A stretch of 64,000 nucleotides of DNA from Eledone cirrhosa (lineage: Eukaryota): contig OZ024742.1 in the NCBI GenBank assembly GCA_964016885.1, positions 113,770,001 through 113,834,000 on the forward strand, in the 5' to 3' direction. Under the pieces are notes generated by a model. It saw only the letters and a program-made list of their open reading frames with translations, was not told where the DNA came from and did no database searches. Position 1 is the first letter of the stretch; the number at the start of each line of letters is the position of its first letter. Below are positions 55,448 to 64,000 of the stretch, in pieces. A program made the translations under genes and the position numbers.

Positions 55448-55530
<83 letters not shown>

Positions 55531-57152
55531 TGTGTGTGTGTCTGTGTGTCTGAGCGTGTGTGCGATTGTGTGTGTGAATAAATGATAGAGTAAGTTGCGT
55601 ACGTGATCACAGTGTCAATGATTTACTTTTGAATGAGATATCCCATAAAGCGTAAAGATCTGACAGTGTATACAAATCTGTGGTATACTCCGAAAAGAAC
55701 GAAATTACCATATATAAAGTGAAAAATATCTTTAGACTATTTATTGAATATGGATTTAATAAAAGGGATTTTTGCAGGTTTCATGTGCGCAATATTTAAA
55801 GGGAATTTGTTCGTCTTTACAGTGAAAATATCTTTTATATTTTAAAATTAGGAGTTTTGTTTGTGAATTCATAAATGATGCCCAAAAAATAAGATCATTC
55901 CTTCGACACTGAATCTAGAAAAGTTACATGTAGCACATATTCATGTATTTATAATATGATTTTATGTAGCATATATTGGGATTCATAGAACACTTTGAAG
56001 TTGCAATCAAGAAATGTGTTCGATTTTGTTTTTGATGAACTTATAGAGATGACACTGTCAAATATTTTTTTCAACTCATATACAACCAGAGAATGGGATG
56101 GATACGAAAGCTGAGATTGCTGATAACCAGTTTAAATAAGTGAAGTATATGTATCAATTAAAAAAAATACAAATACATTCTAGTCACAAAAAATATTGAG
56201 AAGTCAAATGTACATATTTCAGTGGATATACGTAGACACAAGCTATGTAGAATCCCACCATACAAAATTAATTTGTAATTCAATTTCATAAGAATAACAT
56301 ATTTTTGCTAAGTTTGACTAAAGATTAATATAAATGGAAAATTCTTCAGAAATAAGTATACGCTAAATCATTGGGCGGTAATGTTTTTGATAAGAAATGT
56401 AGGAACAGAACAAAATATTGGTGATTGCCACTCTACATATACATTAACACAGAGACAGACATCCACCAACCTATAGACAAAAGTTATCATTCACACACAC
56501 TAAAATATGATATATTAATGTTGTATGGATTCTCACCGTTATGCTAAATGATACCCAACATTCTTCTGAACTGTAATACAATTATTTCATTCACTGCCTC
56601 CATCTCTCTCACTCTCGCAATCTCTCAGTATTATAAGCAAATGGGGGCTAACACACTGGCTGCCCCGCAGCTACGGCGGAGAGAATAGAGAAGCCATCTC
56701 CGCGGAGTATGATGAAGGAGACACGTTGGAAGAGGCATTCCGTGTAACAAAGCTCAACTGTGCGGGTCAGCAACTCCGTGCCACTAGTTGTATTCCAGGG
56801 CAAACGACAACAGAAGTCTCCACTATTGTGGGCTCGACAACAAACATGTCGGAGAGTTAGCTATACTTGGAGAGCTTATCCCTTTCTGTCCGATGTGTGC
56901 AGAGCAGCCTGGATTAGTTGGAGACTGGACCAGATTGCCGCAGGAGAAAGTCCGTTCTTCATTTTTATCAAAAGGGTACATTATTGAAAGATTGATTCCG
57001 AATAACATTGTTTTTTTATTAACATTTAATTCTGTATTTTAAAATTCATTCATAATGCTATCGTTATATTATAATCTATCCACACTACTATTTATCTATC
57101 TTTGAAATCTCTAAATAACAATCCACTAAACTCGTACACGCACACACTCACA

Positions 57153-57197
<45 letters not shown>

Positions 57198-57208
57198 ATA
57201 TTTGTATG

Positions 57209-57245
<37 letters not shown>

Positions 57246-57336
57246 ATTCAAACGCACGCACACATTTACACTCACACACACACATATATATATATATATA
57301 CATATATATAAACAATTCTCTCTCTCTCTCTCTGTC

Positions 57337-57417
<81 letters not shown>

Positions 57418-57419
57418 TT

Positions 57420-57458
<39 letters not shown>

Positions 57459-57634
57459 TATAGATATAGATAGGTAAATATACACGGGTGTGTATGATTG
57501 TGTATAGAAGATTATATTAATAAGAGGAATTCCAACTTTGTCTGATTTACTCGTTTTATTTACAATCCTTTAAAATATATATAATGGTATTATAATGAAA
57601 TAGTATGATAGAATATTAAATTCTAAGTGTTAAT

Positions 57635-57673
57635 TGAACAAGTACTTTCATGCTTTCGCAATCTTCAGGTTCA
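57635..57673 (-). ncRNA. Minimal hammerhead ribozyme (left arm)
   Basis: Exact reverse complement of 57754-57792. Confidence 0.85.
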
Positions 57674-57753
57674 TAATATGTGGTGACAGTCGAGTTTGCA
57701 ATTTTCAACAGTTGACAGTTGAAAACTGCAAACTCGACTGTCACCACATATTA

Positions 57754-57792
57754 TGAACCTGAAGATTGCGAAAGCATGAAAGTACTTGTTCA
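57754..57792 (+). ncRNA. Minimal hammerhead ribozyme (right arm)
   Basis: TGAAC-CTGAAGA-tTGC GAAA GCAt-GAAA-GTAC-TT-GTTCA: 39 nt, GNRA-capped stem II, palindromic AGTACT stem III. Confidence 0.88.
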
Positions 57793-57906
57793 ATTAACAC
57801 TTAGAATTTAATATTGTATCATACTATTTCATTATAATACCATTATATATATTTTAAAGGATTGTAAATAAAACGAGTAAATCAGACAAATTTGGAATTC
57901 CTCTTA

Positions 57907-57963
<57 letters not shown>

Positions 57964-58644
57964 AAGTATATGTATTGATATATTTATTTCGTACCTACAT
58001 ATTTTAATGGTGGGGTGATTTGTATGTCATGAAGAATAATCGGGAAATATAAACATGCATTATACATTATATCTACTCAAAAGTGTCTGATAATTTATAA
58101 ACATACATATATAAATGACCATGTGTAATAAGATTAGATTGAATTTGTGTAGTCCTATGCATATATAGTTCATAAACCTTTGACACACAATTATACACAC
58201 TCTTTAGCAAATCCCTATGTTTACATTCGACCTCATAAGTGAGCAAAAGTAAAAATAAGCTTGTCCGATAATTCCAGCTGCGTAAACATACTACTGTCAA
58301 AAATATACATTAATGCACATATAGATTCGTGACAATTGAACAAGGTGAATATTGGAAAAAGTAAAAAAAAAAACGAAGCTATGACAATATCAAGGCCTAC
58401 AAAATTTATGAATAATTAGTTGTGTATAATGGAGAGAGTATTTTGCCTTTTCCCAATATTTCTCGTTTAAGTATTACTCACGATGGTTTACTTGTTCCAT
58501 TATTATCAGATGTGTATGCGATTGAATCTGTCTAAATATTTGTAAATATTTCTAAAAACGTATTTGTAAGTATGTACATGTCTCGTAACGTTCCTTACAA
58601 GGAAATATGTATTGTAAATTTGAGTTAATTATGGTAATACTCTA

Positions 58645-58810
58645 ATTTAATTATTTCTACTTTTGTCACAAGTCCAGCAATTATCTCAGTGCATTACTGC
58701 TACGTTATTTTATCGACCCCGTAAGGTTGAAATGCAAAGTTAACCTCGGCGGGATTTGAACTCAGATTGTAACGGCCCGTAACACCATGCTGAAAATCAT
58801 GGCGTCCAAC
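58645..58810 (-). mobile_element. tRNA-derived SINE (5'-truncated)
   Basis: Same family as the copies at 34007 and 55113. Confidence 0.8.
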
Positions 58811-60382
58811 GTTAACGACGAGCAGACTTTTTTACGAAAAGTGTTTTTTTATTCTTTCTATTCTTCAATCTATTCAACATAAGAGTTATCTATATTTCTT
58901 TCCAGATAAATTTGCATCATAGAATGTGTGTGTGAATGCATTACCACTAAAATAAACAACGAAATATGAATCATGGTATTTTTTGTTTTCTTTCCTTTTG
59001 CTTACTCATATTTCGTCTCTCTATCAATACATAGTTGTTATTCGTCCTGTGTGTGTATATCATTAAATCTCTATCTCTATATACATATTACTTTTACGTC
59101 CATCTGTATATAGAAATAAACTATATATATAGCTAAGATAGGAAGTTCTTGTTAGCTAATGCACAACCACACACACACGTATACACATTCACACACGCAC
59201 ATGCACTCACACACATACACACACACGCAAGCACACACACACACACGTATATATATATATATATATGCTTGTTTGTGTGTGTATTTGTGCATGCTTGTTT
59301 ATATGTGTTTGTAGCAGAGATATGGCTTATCAAATATGCCAATACAAGCTAAATTACCGTGAATGAGAACCTTCTACACCAAACATATCGTTAATGATTT
59401 ATCAGAGAAGGTTGAGATCGATATTTGGAAGTAAAATATAAATTACGTGAATTCTTACATTGCTATGGAAAGATGTTGGACATGTGAACCCAATGATTAA
59501 AGACAGAAAAAACAAAACAATGACATCATCAATGAATGAGACTGACGCAAAACATGTCATCATATATATCGATAAATGGGATTTTATCGATATTCTGTAC
59601 ATTTTCCATATAATTCTCTGTTACGTAGCACTCACAATTTATACAAAGTTAAGCTAAATATTTCTTTGAATTATAACATTTTCTCTGGTCCTAACCATAT
59701 TTCACTTTGCTATCAGTTTACTCACTCCCTCACACTCTATCTTCTTCCTCTATTTTCTCTTTTTCATTCAATCTACTTTCTAATGACTTATTTTTATTCT
59801 CTTTTTCATTGTCTTCTTCCTAATTCATCCCCCCTTCAATTTCCAGTATTGCAGATATAATGTTCGAATATAAATGTTGACAATGTGTGGGCTAGCGGTG
59901 AGTATGTCTCATATGAGATGGAATTAATGCCGTTCCTTATGCCATGTTGGCGGAGGGAGAAACATGGATACAGATCCCTAATTTGGTCGTTACCGAACCT
60001 AGATGAATGCGTATTTCTAGGGTTTGCGATATTTTGGCAATTCGATTGAATGTTTAGGGTGGCAGGTCAGTGATCGTGGTGGACTTTAGAACCTGTCCCA
60101 AGAATACACCTGTTTCTCAAAGGAAGTGATTATGTGTTGCGTAAGACGGATAATCTATCTAGTAACAGGAGATGCATGTTACTCAGTTTAGTTGGTCTAA
60201 TTAATTATTTTGCGGTTTCAGCCCTGTTTTTTCGTCAATAATCCTGGAAACGTCTGAAGCAACTGGCAGAAGAAAGGACTTACTCCCAGTCGGTAAAGGG
60301 GTTGTGTTTATATATACTGTTAAATCAAGCGCTTAGATTCTGGACAAGATGTTAACTGAGATTATTGTTATGAAATGAAATC

Positions 60383-60598
60383 GGGTGGTGGATTCGCTGT
60401 ATCGGTAGATGGCCGGACGACATGCTTTGCAGCATAGAGTTACAAACCATAACGATCTGAGTTCGAATCCCTCTTTGGTTAACTTTCTCTTTCATCCTTA
60501 CGTTGTCAAGAAAATATAGTAACTGTCATGTACTGGGGTCGATGTAATCGACTTCCCCCTCCCCCTAAATTGGTGGCATTGTGCCTATATAAGATCCC
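60383..60598 (+). mobile_element. tRNA-derived SINE with 19-bp TSD
   Basis: B-box gagttcgaatcc and family core; ATTGTTATGAAATGAAATC at 60364-60382 and 60599-60617. Confidence 0.85.
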
Positions 60599-62229
60599 AT
60601 TGTTATGAAATGAAATCTCTGTTGTCAATTCATTCGCATGCCAGTGTCGTATACAAATACTTGAAATAAATGAGAAATAAAGATGTCTAATAGATTGAGG
60701 TGATATAGAGTATAAGCTGTAACATATGAAAACAATCATTTAAACTGTTAAATATCCAGTTAGTTTTAAAGTATCCGAAGAAAATATTGTTAAAAATATA
60801 TTTTGACATATTTCTATGGTATGGAATAAATACATCTAGTTCATAATACGGCGAATATGGGAGAGCAATTATTGTTTTTATTAAACAAAAGCAATTAATT
60901 CTAAATATAAATATAATAAAGTAGTTATTAGGGAGCCAATATTTATATATAAGATTACAGTAATAGAGATGGTCAACAAAACTACCATATTGGCAAAAAT
61001 AAATGTTACTTTAACTACAACGAAATGTAATCCAAAAAGAGTTTTCTATTTGCGTTAGCATGTATTATATTTTCAGAAGTTTTAAAGTAATCCTAATATT
61101 TGTAACCATGAAGGGTACATGTTAACGTTGTGAAATTTTAACTATGAATGTAGTAAATTAATTCAAGGTATTTTATTTGAAGTTAATCGATAAAACGATT
61201 TTACCTAACACTCGAGCCACAATATATTGAGGTTGCTCACACATTCAAACACGACAATCTGTATGTGTGCCTCTAATTTTATTTTTAAATATAGCAAAAT
61301 GATACAGAAATAAAGTCAGCTATGTGGACGGGAATGCAGGACATAAAGGGGCAGGAAAGAATACTATATACATTTACAAGATATCATATCGATTTCTCTG
61401 AAATACATATTTATATGCTGATGCATTTCACAAACATGTTATTTGCGCGATCTGTGCCTATGCATTGTCTGGCAGCACCTTGAATGAAATATCGTTGGGA
61501 TCGAACACTTTCTAATACAATATCAACTTTGATGGGCCGGTCATATCCAACGTATGCTGTGGACTGTATATTTAAAGTAGCGTTATGCCGTTCGCCACAG
61601 GATGTCAACACATGAATAGAACACTGAAAGCTACGCAGGATTGTGAGTGAAAATTGAGAGAATGAAGAAGCGAGATTTTCAAAGAATGTCAACACATGAA
61701 TAGAACACTGAAAGCAAAATGCGGAACTAAGCAAACAAGTTAACGGTGCATAAATCAGGAAAGAATGAGACAAAGCGAAAACAAGTGAACGGCACACATT
61801 CAACATAGTAGCCAACACTAAAGCAGCAATCATTCGGTTGCTTTAGTATTGTATGCCCTCCCAAAATTTTGCATGACTAAAAGTAGTAAACGACACGCGT
61901 TCAATCAACATAAAGCATCAACGCATACCTGCTTCAATACCAAGATCCCGTCTCTCCTCTATTGGTTCCAGCACATTCTCAATATCTCCTCCATGCGTGT
62001 ATATAGTCATAGCCACTACATATATTGCCTTTGATCAAAAACGACCTCCATGCCGTTTGAGGGTATTATCGTTTTATGTTAGCACATGTTGAAGGAAGTA
62101 ACTGTAAGTGGGTCATGGCTGACGTTTTGGCGTCGTCTGTGACCCCGTTAACAACTCACTGCTACCATGACTACTAGCGTTGTTTTCCCAAACTCAAGGA
62201 AGCATTTGTAGCTCAGCAAGACTTCGTTC

Positions 62230-62880
62230 CTAAAGAAACTAACAGCTTATTTAAATATTTTTCCCGGATGTCACATTTGCAAGGATTATTATTACCAACT
62301 ACCATCTTACTCCACATAGGGCAATACGCAATGGAGTAGGTGAAAATGTGGTTGACCTGCTAAAAATTATTCTGATATCATATTTTATATTTCTCTAGGA
62401 AGAGTTTATACAGCACACGCTAATCAACGTTTAATGTTTCTACTTAAGGATGCTGCTTCATACCATCAAGTTCCAACATCCTTCGAAGTTCAAAGAACTG
62501 TTAATAATACTACATGCCATACCTACTTTGAAGTGTGCCTTCACCTTGGATTGCCGGAACATGATTCTCAATGTGACTTTGCATATTCAGAGGTTCCTGT
62601 ATCACATATTGCAAGTAGTCTTGTTCGCTCGAGTATTAAAAGCAATTGGGAAATTGGTGATCCTAACGGCTTATGAGTAAAGTATAATGAACTGTCTAAA
62701 AGATTATATGCATCATGTACAACAGATATTTCCTGAAATTGTTTTAGATTACAATGATTACAATGATGAGATTTAACGCCCAACACCCATCCTGCATTCC
62801 CGATTTCGTAAACTACCCAAGGACCACACCAGCATACAAATGAGGAAAGCAGTAGTTATCAAGCAGCAATTATTGTTTTC
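62230..62880 (+). mobile_element. Helitron RepHel fragment (pseudogenised)
   Basis: LGRVYTAH..FYLRMLLH / PTSFEVQRTVNNTTCHTYFEVCLHLGLPEHDSQ..IGDPNGL matches the Helitron segment GPTSFEDLRTVNG..TF.EAC..LGLLEDD..W between Rep and helicase. Confidence 0.75.
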
Positions 62881-64000
62881 TGTGATGAAATTTTCATTTA
62901 CAATGACAACAACCACTTGATCTAATATGACGTGTTCCCTCCCTCCTTCTCCTTACGCATCTCAACCTTAAACATCCTCAAACTAAACCCCAATACAAAA
63001 TAAGCACTAAAAGATTTTGTCTAACGGCGTAATATTGTGCTCCGGGAATATTTAATCGGAAAACAATAGCCCATGCGGCATAGCCAGAAGAGAAGTGAAC
63101 AATTATTAAAAGAAACGAAATGGTTAAATGTTTAATAATTCATAAATACTTTATTCATAATCAATATAAAATGAAGCAAATACTTAAACTGTATCATAAA
63201 GACACAAGAATATAAATATACACAAATAAGGAAAAACAGTACGAAAATGGATATTTGCAAAATTATTTCACAAAATTGAAAGTTACTGAAGTATCATTCG
63301 TACGTTTAATCAAAATTGGGTTGGAGTCTGGAAAATGTGACAAATAAGGAAAAAGAAAGAAACAAAAAATAATCACGAAGAAATGAAGATGCAAAAAAGT
63401 AAGACTGTCAATTCATTCAAAGTCAAACCCCCCTCATTTGTCTTATACTCTTACACACATACATAGGCACACACACTATATATATATATATATACATTAT
63501 TACTTTCTCTATAAAACCTATTTACGTTTTTAAAATAACTTCCGATCTTTAAGTGGGATAGACCACCCATCATAACGAAAATCGTAATAGCTGTTGATAG
63601 TCCACCAGTTGGCGCTACACCCGAGCGTATAAACGGTAGTGTCTGCAGTCTGGTCGATTAGAAACAAGTGGAGTATATTTTGTCATATTCCTACAGCGTA
63701 GTGAACTTTAATAAATGTCTGCGATGACCAGGTCCTGATGTAAATTCAGACAATATGTTATATATAGGTATATGTTTACATATACTCATATGGGTGCTGT
63801 GCATTCCTGAGATACATGGTCTTGTAAGAAAATGACAAGATTTGAAATTGCTGCTATGATATTAGTAAAATGTATCTATTTTTTCGATATACATTTCTGA
63901 TTTTGTATTCTTTGAAAGATACCAGACAGATGAAATGAAGTGACATGACAGGAAATTAGTGGCAATAACGTAATTTATAAAATTGGGTTGTTAAGTCTGA

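Larger units (their letters stand above)
57513..57914. mobile_element. Near-perfect 402-bp fold-back element with a hammerhead on each strand
   Basis: 57513-57709 is the reverse complement of 57718-57914 (3 mismatches seen), 8-nt spacer; right end runs into (TA)n. Confidence 0.93.

Overview
AT-rich, microsatellite-saturated eukaryotic non-coding DNA. The SINE types and (TA)n/(CA)n density suggest an invertebrate, probably an octopod cephalopod (inference). I find no credible host protein-coding gene; nearly all ORF-track entries are microsatellite or antisense artefacts. The window is dominated by decayed Penelope-like retroelements (PLEs; RT plus C-terminal GIY-YIG endonuclease) from several families. 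It also holds one full-length but disrupted hAT DNA transposon with TIRs and an 8-bp TSD, tRNA-derived SINEs, LINE and Helitron fragments, and a 291-bp tandem array of tRNA-like Pol III units. The main signal, found by manual folding, is about 20 type-I hammerhead ribozyme (HHR) motifs, roughly half well-formed and the rest degenerate. Most have palindromic mini stem III, and several carry family-specific core variants (U3-A8 covariation, U4C, U4A, long stem II). Many sit in fold-back elements of 0.1-3 kb that abut (TA)n tracts and carry a ribozyme on each strand. Folds and alignments were done by eye and are not computed.
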